NCBI GenBank assembly: GCA_043814605.1
Contig: JBDRJV010000007.1
Span: forward strand, 195,354 to 259,353
Length of the DNA stretch: 64,000 nucleotides
Reading direction: 5' to 3'
Origin: Candidatus Omnitrophota bacterium
GTDB taxonomy: Bacteria; Omnitrophota; Gorgyraeia; B26-G9
The position numbers and the translations under genes are program-made. Every line of letters starts with the position of its first letter. The first letter of the stretch is position 1. This document shows, in pieces, positions 47,593 to 58,346 of this stretch. A model generated the notes under the pieces. That model was not told where the DNA came from. It saw only the letters and a list, made by a program, of their open reading frames with translations, and did no database searches.

Positions 47593-50307
47593 ATGAGGTA
47601 TAAATTAATATCTATTTTTCTGGGATTAATTCTGCTGACTATAGTTACGGATGTATTTGAAGCAAGAGTATTGGCAGCAAATTATTCCTTAGCCAGAAAA
47701 TATCGGGAAAATTTATCTACCACAGATACCGTAAATGAATTTAATATTTCAGTTTCGGCAAAACCAATAACTCTTTCCTCAAATCCTGCTTTAAAAAACT
47801 TCACACTTGAAAATGGCTTATCTGTATTGATTAAAGAGGATCATAATCATGAACTTGTAGCAATTGAGGTACTAGTAAAAACAGGCAGCTTATATGAGGG
47901 ACAGTGGCTGGGATCAGGCCTGGCCCATTTAGTTGAACACATGGTATTTAAAGGGACGAAAACCCAGCCAACCGGTTCAATTGAAGATCAAATTAAAAAT
48001 TTAGGAGGATCGATTAATGGTTACACCTCCTATGAATTTACCGGGTATAACTTGATTCTTCCGGCTAAGAATTTTACTGCAGGATTAGAAATAATTGCGG
48101 ATATGCTGCAAAACCCTTTATTTGATATAGATGAATTGGCCAAGGAAAAAGATGTTATTCTTAATGAAATCAGCATGCATAACGATGACCCGGATCATTA
48201 TTTACAAAGAAAATTTTTCGAGCAGGCTTATGCTATCGAACCTTATAATTTGCCGATAATTGGCAACGAAAAATTACTTATCCAACTAAAACAGCAAGAT
48301 GTTATTGAATTTTATAAAAAATGGTATATACCGAATAACATTATTTTAGCTATCGCCGGAGATATAAAAGCAATTGAAGCCGAAAAGACCGTGCAGAGTT
48401 TTTTTAATGGCTTTAAAATGCAAAATTATCCGGATAAACATATCCCGAAAATACCCGCTTTTACCTCCGGCAGAACTTACGAGGAAGAAATAGCTATAAA
48501 TTCAAGTTATTTAATGCTGGGTTTTGAAAGCGTCGAATTAACCCATGCTGATGCTGTATGTTTAGACGTACTTTCCGTGATTTTAGCGCAGGGCAAAGAT
48601 TCATTACTTTATAAACATTTAGTACAAGAAAAAAACCTTTTAGATTCACTTAGCGCCTATAATTTTACCCCTGGATTTCGAGGTGTTTTTGTAATTAAAG
48701 GTATCTTTGATTATAAAAATAGAGCGGCAATACTTGCCGCAATCTTTTCTGATATTGAAACCCTTAAAAAAAATAAAATTAATCGGAAAACTTTAGAAAA
48801 AGCAAAAAATTTATATTTAGCTGAATATATTTTTGATAAAGAGCCGATAGCTTATCAGGCAAAAACATTGGCGACTGATTTTGTGTACACAAAGGATCCT
48901 GGTTTTACTAAAAAATATATTGATTTGCTGCAAAAAGTTTGCGCTGATGATATCCAGCGATGCGCTCAACAATATTTAAAAAGCGAAAAATTAATCACGG
49001 TAATATTAAAACCTAAAAGTTCTGATTATAAAACCTCGACTGAAAAAAGGGTTTCGGATGAAAGAAACAACCAAGTAAAATTAATCAAACTTTCCCCTGG
49101 CATAAAAATTATTTTAAAACAGGATCATAACCTACCAATAATAAACTTTTATGCCTGTTTTGGCGGTGGGACAAGATTTGAAAATGAGAATAATAATGGA
49201 TTATTTTGCCTGTTAAGTAAACTGCTGCAGTCTGGGACAAAAAAACGCTCGGCAATAGAAATTGCCGAATTTTTCGAAAATATCGGGGCACAAATAAAAC
49301 CGTTTAATGGGTATAACAGCTTTGGGCTGGGGTTAAAAATAATGCACAAGGATTTAAAGGAAAGTTTGGAAACATTAACAGATTTAATTTTAAATTCAAA
49401 TTTTCCCGAAAAGCAATTAGATACAGAAAAACGCCTAATTTTAAAAGATCTAGAAAGGCAGCAGGATGATATTTTTCAAAATACGTTGAATATTTTAAAA
49501 CAAACATTGTTTAGTAACCTGCCTTATCGATTCAATACATTAGGCGCAAAAGAGTCTGTGGGGAAACTCGATCGAGCAATATTAGTTAAAAATGCACATG
49601 AATTTATATGTGCCGATAATCTGGTGTTGGCTGTTTTTGGCGATTTTGACGATGCTGATGAAAATTATATTATCCAATTACTGGAAAATAAATTAAAAAA
49701 AATGCCTTTTAAAAGCAAAAAAACAAAACTTGAATTCAGGGAGCAGAAATTAACCTCGCAAAAGATAGTTCAAAATAGGCAGGAAAAAGAACAAGCTGTT
49801 TTAATGCTCGGTTTTAAAGGAGTGAATGTTTATCACGAGGACCGTTATGTTTTAGAATGCATAAATGAATTATTGAGTAGCCCTGGATCGGCTTTATATA
49901 AAAGAATCCGAGAAGAATACGGTTTATCTTATACTTTGGGCGGGGCATCAATAAACGGACTGGACTCAGGCTATTTTTTTATTTATGTTGCCACGAAATC
50001 AGAATTTATTGATGAAATTAGAAAAATTATCGACGAGGAAATTACTAAAATAGTTCAGCAATCAATATCTGAGGAAAAACTGACGCAGGTCAAGAATTAT
50101 CTGATCGGAAATAAAATGGTTGATTTACAGACTAATCAAAATTTGGCATTTGTTTGCGCGTTAGATGAATTATACGGTTTAGGTTTTGAATATTATAAAA
50201 AATATGAATCAGCAATAATGTCGATAACGCCAGAGCAAATAATTCAGATTGCTCAAAAATATTTAAAATCAGAACAAAGTGTTCTGATTATCACAAAGGA
50301 TGAATAA
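47593..50307 (+). CDS. Exported two-lobed M16 zinc peptidase (PqqL-like)
   Basis: Signal peptide from ATG 47593, HLVEH motif, second inactive M16 half with RE..GLSY. Confidence 0.9.
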   Translation: MRYKLISIFLGLILLTIVTDVFEARVLAANYSLARKYRENLSTTDTVNEFNISVSAKPITLSSNPALKNFTLENGLSVLIKEDHNHELVAIEVLVKTGSLYEGQWLGSGLAHLVEHMVFKGTKTQPTGSIEDQIKNLGGSINGYTSYEFTGYNLILPAKNFTAGLEIIADMLQNPLFDIDELAKEKDVILNEISMHNDDPDHYLQRKFFEQAYAIEPYNLPIIGNEKLLIQLKQQDVIEFYKKWYIPNNIILAIAGDIKAIEAEKTVQSFFNGFKMQNYPDKHIPKIPAFTSGRTYEEEIAINSSYLMLGFESVELTHADAVCLDVLSVILAQGKDSLLYKHLVQEKNLLDSLSAYNFTPGFRGVFVIKGIFDYKNRAAILAAIFSDIETLKKNKINRKTLEKAKNLYLAEYIFDKEPIAYQAKTLATDFVYTKDPGFTKKYIDLLQKVCADDIQRCAQQYLKSEKLITVILKPKSSDYKTSTEKRVSDERNNQVKLIKLSPGIKIILKQDHNLPIINFYACFGGGTRFENENNNGLFCLLSKLLQSGTKKRSAIEIAEFFENIGAQIKPFNGYNSFGLGLKIMHKDLKESLETLTDLILNSNFPEKQLDTEKRLILKDLERQQDDIFQNTLNILKQTLFSNLPYRFNTLGAKESVGKLDRAILVKNAHEFICADNLVLAVFGDFDDADENYIIQLLENKLKKMPFKSKKTKLEFREQKLTSQKIVQNRQEKEQAVLMLGFKGVNVYHEDRYVLECINELLSSPGSALYKRIREEYGLSYTLGGASINGLDSGYFFIYVATKSEFIDEIRKIIDEEITKIVQQSISEEKLTQVKNYLIGNKMVDLQTNQNLAFVCALDELYGLGFEYYKKYESAIMSITPEQIIQIAQKYLKSEQSVLIITKDE

Positions 50308-50310
50308 AAG

Positions 50311-51231
50311 ATGTTAAGCTTATCTACAGCCTGGAATGCAATTTTGCATGATCAGGCGCAAAATATTTTAAAAGATATAAAGGCTATGGGAATTTTTAAT
50401 GTGGAATTGGGGTTTAATTTATCCCGAGAAATGATTGAGGTTATAAAAGAATTTAAGAAAAAAAATTTGATTAATATTTCCAGTGTCCATAATTTCTGTC
50501 CTGTTCCGGACGGTTATGTTCGTAATGAATTTGGACCAGATTATTTTTCTCTCGCTTCTCCCGATGAAAAAGAAAGAAGCCTGGCAATTGAGCTGACCAA
50601 ACAAACTATTATTACGGCAAAAGAAATTCAAGCTAACGCTGTAATTATCCATGCCGGACGTGTACAAATGCAGCAAAAAACAAAGCAGTTAATTCATTTG
50701 TATGAGCAGGGGAAGAAAAATACCCCGGAATATAAAGAGTTTCTAAAGCAAATGCAGCTTGAACGTGATGCAAAGAAAAAAGTATATTTAGAGTCAGCCC
50801 TCTTAAGCCTGGAGGAATTAATTTCTTTTGCTAAAACTTTCCAGATCAATGTTTGCGTGGAAAACAGATATTATTTCCGGGAAATACCTTGTTTTGAGGA
50901 ACTAAAACTAATTTTTGAGCATTTTGGCAATTGTGATAATTTGTTCTATTGGCATGATGTCGGACACGCTCAAGTCAATGAAAATTTAGGATTTGCTAAT
51001 CATCTGGACTTTCTTAACACTTATAGTAATAGGCTCTTAGGTATACATTTACATGATGTTATTGGAGCTCAGGACCATAAAGTTCCGGGAACAGGCAACT
51101 TTGAATTTAATCGCTTGCAACCCTATTTAAAAAAGCATACAATAAGAGTACTAGAAGTTCATCAGCCTGCAACGCAATCAGAGGTTTTAACCGGCATTTC
51201 CTTTCTAAAAAAAATGGGAATATGTGATTAA
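50311..51231 (+). CDS. Sugar phosphate isomerase/epimerase-type TIM barrel (AP endonuclease 2 family)
   Basis: VEN, WHDVGH, IHLHD, DH..PG.G, LEVH metal motifs. Confidence 0.85.
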   Translation: MLSLSTAWNAILHDQAQNILKDIKAMGIFNVELGFNLSREMIEVIKEFKKKNLINISSVHNFCPVPDGYVRNEFGPDYFSLASPDEKERSLAIELTKQTIITAKEIQANAVIIHAGRVQMQQKTKQLIHLYEQGKKNTPEYKEFLKQMQLERDAKKKVYLESALLSLEELISFAKTFQINVCVENRYYFREIPCFEELKLIFEHFGNCDNLFYWHDVGHAQVNENLGFANHLDFLNTYSNRLLGIHLHDVIGAQDHKVPGTGNFEFNRLQPYLKKHTIRVLEVHQPATQSEVLTGISFLKKMGICD

Positions 51232-51257
51232 GTTACCGCCAACTTTCGGTGTAAAAA

Positions 51258-52067
51258 ATGAATAGGAAACCAGTTTGGGCTGGCCCATACAAGTTTTATC
51301 CGAGTGATCCGAATCAGTTACATCAATATTTAGAACAAGTAATTGATGTAGACAAAACAAGGATTACGGCAAAAGCTGTTGTCTTGCCGCACGCGGGATA
51401 TGTTTACTCCGGTTTAGTTGCCGGGAAAACTATTTCCGGTATTAATATTCCAGATACAATGATTGTCCTTGGCCCTAATCATACAGGATTAGGACAACCT
51501 TATAGCTTGATCAAAAGCGGCAAATGGATAACACCATTAGGCCCCCTAACAATAAATGAAACATTGGCTATTTTGTTATTAGATGATTGTAAAATCATCA
51601 CTGAAGATTTTAGGGCGCATGAACAGGAACATTCTATTGAAGTTATTTTACCTTTTTTACAGTTTTTAAATAAAAATACAAGTATTGTGCCCATGGTAAT
51701 TTCAGATTGTGATATTAATAATTTTGAACTTGTGGGGATGAAAATTGCTGAAGTAATTAAAACATACAATCAGCCGGTATTAATCGTGGCTAGTTCAGAT
51801 ATGACTCATTTTGAATCACAAAAAAAGGCAGAGCAAAAAGATAGCTTCGTCATCGATTCAATCCTAAAACTTAATCCTCAAGAAATGATGGTACGCATTA
51901 AGCAGCAGAATGTAACGATGTGCGGTTTTGCTCCTGTTGCCATGAGTCTTTTTGCCGCGATTAATTTAGGGGCTAAAAAATCGGAATTAATTGAGTATCG
52001 GACAAGTGCCGAAGCAAGCGGAGATTATTCTAATGTTGTTGGCTATGCGGGAATCGTGATTAGTTGA
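51258..52067 (+). CDS. MEMO1 family protein (AmmeMemoRadiSam protein B)
   Basis: PHAGYVYSG, GPNH, EHSIEV, ASSDMTH, MCG, VVGYA. Confidence 0.92.
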   Translation: MNRKPVWAGPYKFYPSDPNQLHQYLEQVIDVDKTRITAKAVVLPHAGYVYSGLVAGKTISGINIPDTMIVLGPNHTGLGQPYSLIKSGKWITPLGPLTINETLAILLLDDCKIITEDFRAHEQEHSIEVILPFLQFLNKNTSIVPMVISDCDINNFELVGMKIAEVIKTYNQPVLIVASSDMTHFESQKKAEQKDSFVIDSILKLNPQEMMVRIKQQNVTMCGFAPVAMSLFAAINLGAKKSELIEYRTSAEASGDYSNVVGYAGIVIS

Positions 52068-52095
52068 TTACCTTTTATAAAAAAATGGGAGGCAG

Positions 52096-52488
52096 ATGAT
52101 AATGGAAGGAAAAAGAGTTGATGAGAGCTGGAAAGAAAAAATTCAAAAAGAAAAAGAGTCAAACGTAAATGGATTAAAACAAGATGATCAGACTCCTCCG
52201 ACACAATCAAAACCAGAAACAATGGATGAAAATAATGATCATATGCCCGAGGTTAGTTTTAATGTTTTTATTACTAGTTTAGGAATGCAGGCATTAATGT
52301 TTCTCGGAGAAATAGAAAATCCAATGACCAATAAAAAAGAAGTTGATATCCATCAGGCCAAATATCTGATCGACACCCTGGGGATGCTGGAGGAAAAAAC
52401 TGAAGGAAATTTAGATGAACAGGAAAAACAAGTAATTACCCAATTACTCTATGAGTTAAGATTAAAATTTGTGGAAAAATCAAAATAA
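52096..52488 (+). CDS. DUF1844 family protein
   Basis: QALMFLGEI.NP, AKYLIDTL.ML.EKT.GNL...E. Confidence 0.8.
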   Translation: MIMEGKRVDESWKEKIQKEKESNVNGLKQDDQTPPTQSKPETMDENNDHMPEVSFNVFITSLGMQALMFLGEIENPMTNKKEVDIHQAKYLIDTLGMLEEKTEGNLDEQEKQVITQLLYELRLKFVEKSK

Positions 52489-52492
52489 TCCA

Positions 52493-52521
52493 TTGAAAAA
52501 TGTGCAACTTGACATTATAAT
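52493..52521 (+). promoter_or_regulatory. sigma70-type promoter for recA
   Basis: TTGAAA-17 nt-TATAAT. Confidence 0.65.
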
Positions 52522-52563
52522 AAAGCAAATATATTAATTTAACAGAAAATAGGGAGGAATAAA

Positions 52564-53607
52564 ATGCAAAAAAAGAGTTCAAAAAGCGTAACGGAAACTA
52601 AAACTCCGCAGGAACCAAATCAAAAACTAAAAGCACTTGATTTAGCGCTTAGCCAAATTGAGAAGCAATTTGGTAAGGGTTCAATCATGAAATTAGGGCA
52701 AGACACAAAATTAAATATTGAAGCAATCCCTACCGGAGCTTTGTCTTTAGATATTGCTTTAGGAGTTGGCGGGTTTCCCCGCGGCCGGATAGTTGAGATT
52801 TATGGTCCGGAAGCTAGTGGAAAAACTACTTTAAGCTTAAGTGCTGCTGTTGTTGCACAGAACAGGGGAGGAGTTGCGGCATTTATCGATGCCGAACATG
52901 CTTTTGACCCTACTTATGCAAAAAAGTTAGGATTAAATTTAGATAATTTATTGATTTCCCAGCCGGATAATGGGGAACAAGCATTAGAAATTGCCGAAAC
53001 ATTAGTGCGTTCTAATGCTGTGGATTTAATCATTATTGATTCTGTAGCGGCATTAACGCCTAAGGCGGAAATTGACGGGGATATAGGAGATTCGCATATG
53101 GGTTTGCATGCCCGTTTAATGTCGCAGGCATTAAGAAAATTAACCGGGGCTATATCAAAATCTAAAACCTGCGTAATTTTTATTAATCAAATTAGGATGA
53201 AAATTGGTGTTATGTTCGGTAATCCGGAAACAACTACAGGAGGACGTGCTTTAAAATTCTATTCTTCGGTAAGATTGGATATTCGAAAAATAGAATCGCT
53301 TAAATTACAGGAAGAAGTAGTCGGCTCCAGAGTTCGGGTTAAAGTTGTAAAAAACAAAGTTGCCGCGCCTTTTCGGCAAGCTGAATTTGATATTATGCAT
53401 TCAGAAGGAATTTCTAAAGAATCAAGTTTAATTGAAATGGGCATTCTTTACGGCTTTGTATTAAAAACTGGGGCCTGGTTTACTTATGGCAATGAAAAAT
53501 TAGGGCAGGGCAAAGAGAATTCTAAAAATTTTCTTAAAACCAATAAAAAAATTGCCCAAGAATTGGAAAAAAGAATTAAACAAGAGTCAAAAATTGTAGA
53601 GAATTAA
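52564..53607 (+). CDS. recA: Recombinase A
   Basis: [27 protein letters not shown]. Confidence 0.99.
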   Translation: MQKKSSKSVTETKTPQEPNQKLKALDLALSQIEKQFGKGSIMKLGQDTKLNIEAIPTGALSLDIALGVGGFPRGRIVEIYGPEASGKTTLSLSAAVVAQNRGGVAAFIDAEHAFDPTYAKKLGLNLDNLLISQPDNGEQALEIAETLVRSNAVDLIIIDSVAALTPKAEIDGDIGDSHMGLHARLMSQALRKLTGAISKSKTCVIFINQIRMKIGVMFGNPETTTGGRALKFYSSVRLDIRKIESLKLQEEVVGSRVRVKVVKNKVAAPFRQAEFDIMHSEGISKESSLIEMGILYGFVLKTGAWFTYGNEKLGQGKENSKNFLKTNKKIAQELEKRIKQESKIVEN

Positions 53608-53621
53608 GCGAAAAATTAATT

Positions 53622-55148
53622 ATGAGTTTACTTAATGTGCAAATAAAAAGCAGGCTGAGTTATCTTTGTTTTCTTTTTATATTTTTATTGCTTTTCGTAA
53701 ATATTCTTTTTGCGGAAAACCAGAGTGAAGTTATCACTGGGAAATTACTGAAACAAAAAGAACAGGAAATTACGCAGATAATCGAAAAATCCAGCGCTGC
53801 AATTGTCAGCATCAGCACGGAAAAAATATTAAAATCTCAAAGCTACAGCCGTAAACCAGAAGATGAGCTTTTCGATAATTTTTTTCGTGACTTTTTTTAC
53901 GGAGATATTTCTAACCGGAAAATAGAACAGATTGCACTCGGCAGCGGAGTTATTGTTGATCACCAGGGGCATATTTTGACTAATGAATTTATAGTTGCGG
54001 ATGCCCAACAGATAACGGTAACGCTTTTTGACAGCCGTAAGTTTACAGCAAAATTAAAAAATGTTTCCCTGCGTGAAAACCTGGCGGTTATAAAAATTGA
54101 AGCACCAGATTTAATGCCGCTAATTTTAAGTGATTCCGATGACTTAAAACCAGGACAAACTGTAATTGCTATGGGGAATCCTTTTGGTTTTTCCCAAGAT
54201 GGGGCAGCCCCGATTGCCAGTGTCGGCGTAATTGCAGCTTTGCATAGATCATTGCCGCATACTGCATTGCGCTGGAGGTCTTATTTAGATTTAATCCAAA
54301 CCGATGCGGTAATTAATCCGGGGAATTCCGGGGGGGCATTATTAAATTTAGAGGGTGAGATTGTGGGAATTAATGTCGCGGTAGGCCGGAGTGATTCTAG
54401 CTTTGGGTTTGCAATCCCGATTAACCGCGGTAAGGAAATTTTACGTAAACTAAAGCAAGGAAATGAAATTCTAAAAGAACGTTTAGGGATAAAAATACAA
54501 GATTTAAATTTTGCCCTCGCTGAGTATTTTAATTTAAAACGCCCGGAAGGAGCTCTGGTACTAGAAGTTTATCTGGGAAGTAGTGCAGAAGCTGCGAATT
54601 TAAAAGCGGATGATATTATTATTAAATTTAATGACATTAAAATAAGAAACTCTTTACATTTTTTTACTGAAATAAATAAATGGCAATCCCCGAAAAAAGT
54701 AAAAATTAAAATTATGCGTAAGGGGCTAGCGCACACTTTCACCTTAAGTTTGCAAAATACTGCTGGGCAAAAAAATTTGCAGCTGGAAGATATTAGTGAA
54801 ACAGTTGAAATTAAACAAAAAGAGATTTATGAAGAGCAGTTAAAAAGTAAAGAAGCCGTAACTAATCCTTTGAAAATTCAAAGTAATCGTTTTAGAGGCT
54901 TAAAGGTTTCTGCAATTACAGAAGAATTTGCTAAAAATTTTGATATTGAAAGTACACAAGGGGTTATTGTAACTGACGTAAGTAGCGGCAGTGCGGGAGC
55001 TCAAGCGGGGATTAAAGTCAAGGATATAATCATTCAGATTAATACAACGCAAATAAAATCCCTGCAGGATTATGAGCAAATTTTACCAGAGCTTTCCGGA
55101 AACGTTTTAATTAAAACCGATAGAGGCTATTTAATTATCGAAGAATAA
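53622..55148 (+). CDS. HtrA/DegP-like protein with two PDZ domains; catalytic His and Asp substituted
   Basis: LGSGVIV, IQTDAVINPGNSGGAL, two PDZ domains; TNEF and ENLAVIKI at the His and Asp positions. Confidence 0.88.
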   Translation: MSLLNVQIKSRLSYLCFLFIFLLLFVNILFAENQSEVITGKLLKQKEQEITQIIEKSSAAIVSISTEKILKSQSYSRKPEDELFDNFFRDFFYGDISNRKIEQIALGSGVIVDHQGHILTNEFIVADAQQITVTLFDSRKFTAKLKNVSLRENLAVIKIEAPDLMPLILSDSDDLKPGQTVIAMGNPFGFSQDGAAPIASVGVIAALHRSLPHTALRWRSYLDLIQTDAVINPGNSGGALLNLEGEIVGINVAVGRSDSSFGFAIPINRGKEILRKLKQGNEILKERLGIKIQDLNFALAEYFNLKRPEGALVLEVYLGSSAEAANLKADDIIIKFNDIKIRNSLHFFTEINKWQSPKKVKIKIMRKGLAHTFTLSLQNTAGQKNLQLEDISETVEIKQKEIYEEQLKSKEAVTNPLKIQSNRFRGLKVSAITEEFAKNFDIESTQGVIVTDVSSGSAGAQAGIKVKDIIIQINTTQIKSLQDYEQILPELSGNVLIKTDRGYLIIEE

Positions 55149-55207
55149 AACCTATAAAATTACTTAAACATCGGTGAATGTAACAAAACTATAATGAAAA
55201 TTATAAT

Positions 55208-55678
55208 ATGGATCAGCTACTCGATCAGGCGAAAAAAAGTGCTTTTAGATTATTGAAATTCAGACTGCGGAGTGGACTTGAAATCAATCAACATTTAAAA
55301 AAAAAAGGTTTTACAAAACAGATCATCAATAAAACACTCACCTTTCTGCAGGAGCTTGGGTATATTGACGATTTAAAATTTGCAAAAGTTTGGGTAAATT
55401 ATCGACTAAAATTAAACCCTTGCAGTAAAAACCTGTTGCAGCACGAACTAAGGGAAAAAGGGATTGACCCCAACTTTATTAAAGAAGCACTTTTAGTAAT
55501 TAACGCTGATGCTGAATTTGACATTGCCCGGGAAATAGCGAAAAAAAGATTAAGGCAAATTAAGGGCCTGCCGGTCGAGGTAATAGCACGGCGGTTAGCG
55601 GGATATTTAGCCCGCCGGGGATATACGCAATCTTTAATTGTGGATTTAGTTAAGGAATTAATCAATGATGAAAAGTGA
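55208..55678 (+). CDS. recX: Regulatory protein RecX
   Basis: LL.FR.RS..E, GYIDD..FA, EL.EKGI, L.RRGY. Confidence 0.9.
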   Translation: MDQLLDQAKKSAFRLLKFRLRSGLEINQHLKKKGFTKQIINKTLTFLQELGYIDDLKFAKVWVNYRLKLNPCSKNLLQHELREKGIDPNFIKEALLVINADAEFDIAREIAKKRLRQIKGLPVEVIARRLAGYLARRGYTQSLIVDLVKELINDEK

Positions 55679-58343
55679 AGAAATTAGGAGTAAATTTTTA
55701 GAATTTTTTAAACAAAAAGGGCATCAGATTGTTCCGAGTGACTCTTTAGTCCCGAAAAATGATCCTTCAGTATTATTTACTTCCGCAGGTATGAATCAAT
55801 TTAAAGAGCAGTTTATGGGCAAAATTACTGATTTTACGCGTGCGGCTAGCTGCCAAAAATGTTTACGCACTGCCGATCTGATTAATGTGGGGAAAAGTCC
55901 GTCACATCATACTTTTTTTGAAATGCTGGGTAATTTTTCTTTTGGGGATTATTTCAAACCCGAAGCTATTGCTTGGGCGTGGGAATTTGTAACGGAAGTT
56001 TTAAAATTACCTCGGGAAAAACTCTGGATTTCTGTGCATGAGCAGGATGAAACAACTTATAAAATTTGGGTAGAAAATATCAAAATTGATACAAATAAAA
56101 TAATAAAACTATCGGATATTGATAATTTTTGGCCGGCTAATGCACCAAAAAATGGACCAAATGGTCCTTGTGGCCCATGTTCGGAAATATTTTTTGATTG
56201 GGGGAGTGAATTCGGCTGTAAACGTGCGGATTGCAGCCCAGTTTGCGATTGTAAACGATTTACAGAAATTTGGAATTTAGTTTTCACCCAATATGACCGG
56301 CAATCTGACGGAAGTTTACAGCCCTTACCCAGTAAAAATATTGATACAGGTATGGGATTAGAAAGAATTACCGCAGTGATGCAACGAGTACGGAATAATT
56401 ATGAAACAGATTTGTTCGTGCCTATTTTAAATTGTTTATTTGAACTTTTAAACAAAGAAAATTTAAGCCTGAATAAAAACTGGCGGGAAGTTCAAGCAAA
56501 AGCAATTGTTGATCATCTGCGTGCGGCAACTTTTGCCATTGCCGATGGGATAATCCCTTCGAATGAAGCACGGGGTTATGTCATCCGGAAGCTGATTAGA
56601 CGGTCAATTGTTAACTTGAAAAAGATAGGCGTTAAAGAGCCTTTGTGTTTTAAGCTTGTTTTCAGTATTGGGCAAGTTATGGGAAATACTTATCCGGAAG
56701 TTAAAAACCGGCACGCAACCATTGCCGGAATTATAAAAAAAGAAGAAGAAATGTTTTGGTCTGTACTTAATGAGCGTTCGGAGCAAGTAGAGCAGGAAGC
56801 GAAAATTTTATCCGAAAAGACTAAAACGATGACTAGAGTTATTGCGGATGTGACAACGGCTAATGCTGTTTTCACTCAGTTTGATACTTACGGGGTACCA
56901 ATTGAGATATCCAAAGAGATTTATGCCAAGCATGGATTGATTGTCTCGGATGAACTTATTGAGAAAGAGATCGACAAACAGCGCGAAAGATCACGCAGTA
57001 GCTCTCAAATTTCTAATGAAATTTTTGTTAAGGGTATTGCCCATCAATTGGTAGGCATAAAAAGTGAATTTCTCGGATATGAAACTTTGGAAACAGAAGG
57101 AACTGTTTTGGCAATTATTAAAAATAATAGCGTTGTGGATGAAGCAAAAGCCCCGGAGCAGGCTGATGTTGTATTAGATAAAACCACATGTTATCCTGAA
57201 TCGGGAGGCCAGGCAGGTGATCAAGGTATTTTACAAACTGCAGATGGCTTTAAAGCAGAAATAATTAATACAATTAAAATTGATAATGCAATCGTGCATA
57301 AATTAAAAATTGAGACTGGATCTCTAAAAAAGAAAAATAAACTTGCGGTTAGGGTAACATCGCAGGCACGTATTGCGACTGCACGCAATCATACGGCAAC
57401 TCATTTGTTGCAGTATGTATTGCGTAAAGTATTAGGGGAAACAGTTGAACAATCCGGCTCAGATGTTAGTCCAGAACGTTTGCGCTTTGATTTTACGTAT
57501 TTTAAGGCTTTAAAAAAAGAAACATTGCGTGAAATAGAGACAACTGTTAATCATTTAATTTGGGAAAATATTGCAGTTTCTACAAAAATTATGGATATTG
57601 AGGAAGCCAAAAAAACCCCGGCATTAGCATTTTTTGGAGAGAAATATGCACAAGTTGTACGAGTTGTGTGTGTGGGGGATTATTCTCAGGAATTTTGCGG
57701 CGGTACGCATGTTAAAAATACCGGGCAAATAGGTCTTTTTAAAATAGTTTCTGAAGCCTCTGTAGCGCAGGGGATACGCCGTATTGAAGCGATTACTAAC
57801 GAAAGTGCCGTAAATTTAATTTATGGACAGGAAGAACTTATTGAAAATTTATGTCAGAAACTTAAGACAAAACCGGAAATATTAGTTGCCTCTATTGATA
57901 AAGTTCTGGAACAATCCAAGCAGATGGAAAAAGATTTAAAAAAAATTAAAATGGGAAGCTTCGTTCAAGTAGCAGATGAATTAATAAAAAACACAAGAAT
58001 TATAAACAATATAAATGTATTGATGGCTAAATTGCAGGATTATGATTTGAATTCTTTACGGGGAATCAGTGATATTATTCGCAATAAAAAGGATCCTGTG
58101 GTTTTTGTCTTAACTTCTTTAACTTCTGAGAAAGCATTATTATTGGTGGGAATCAGTAAGAGTCTAGTTCAAAAGGGATTAGACTCTGTTAAGATTATTA
58201 AAGAATTAACCGACGAGATTGGCGTTAGCGGCGGCGGAAAAAAAGAGTTAGCCCAGGCAGGATGCAAAAATCCGAAAGATATGGAAAAAATATATAAACA
58301 GGCAAAATCAAAAGTTGAAAAAATAATCCAAACATTGAGGTAA
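55665..58343 (+). CDS. alaS: Alanine-tRNA ligase
   Basis: FTSAGMNQFK, HHTFFEMLGNFSFGDYFK, NHTATHLL, EFCGGTH. Confidence 0.98.
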   Translation: MMKSEEIRSKFLEFFKQKGHQIVPSDSLVPKNDPSVLFTSAGMNQFKEQFMGKITDFTRAASCQKCLRTADLINVGKSPSHHTFFEMLGNFSFGDYFKPEAIAWAWEFVTEVLKLPREKLWISVHEQDETTYKIWVENIKIDTNKIIKLSDIDNFWPANAPKNGPNGPCGPCSEIFFDWGSEFGCKRADCSPVCDCKRFTEIWNLVFTQYDRQSDGSLQPLPSKNIDTGMGLERITAVMQRVRNNYETDLFVPILNCLFELLNKENLSLNKNWREVQAKAIVDHLRAATFAIADGIIPSNEARGYVIRKLIRRSIVNLKKIGVKEPLCFKLVFSIGQVMGNTYPEVKNRHATIAGIIKKEEEMFWSVLNERSEQVEQEAKILSEKTKTMTRVIADVTTANAVFTQFDTYGVPIEISKEIYAKHGLIVSDELIEKEIDKQRERSRSSSQISNEIFVKGIAHQLVGIKSEFLGYETLETEGTVLAIIKNNSVVDEAKAPEQADVVLDKTTCYPESGGQAGDQGILQTADGFKAEIINTIKIDNAIVHKLKIETGSLKKKNKLAVRVTSQARIATARNHTATHLLQYVLRKVLGETVEQSGSDVSPERLRFDFTYFKALKKETLREIETTVNHLIWENIAVSTKIMDIEEAKKTPALAFFGEKYAQVVRVVCVGDYSQEFCGGTHVKNTGQIGLFKIVSEASVAQGIRRIEAITNESAVNLIYGQEELIENLCQKLKTKPEILVASIDKVLEQSKQMEKDLKKIKMGSFVQVADELIKNTRIINNINVLMAKLQDYDLNSLRGISDIIRNKKDPVVFVLTSLTSEKALLLVGISKSLVQKGLDSVKIIKELTDEIGVSGGGKKELAQAGCKNPKDMEKIYKQAKSKVEKIIQTLR

Positions 58344-58346
58344 TTC

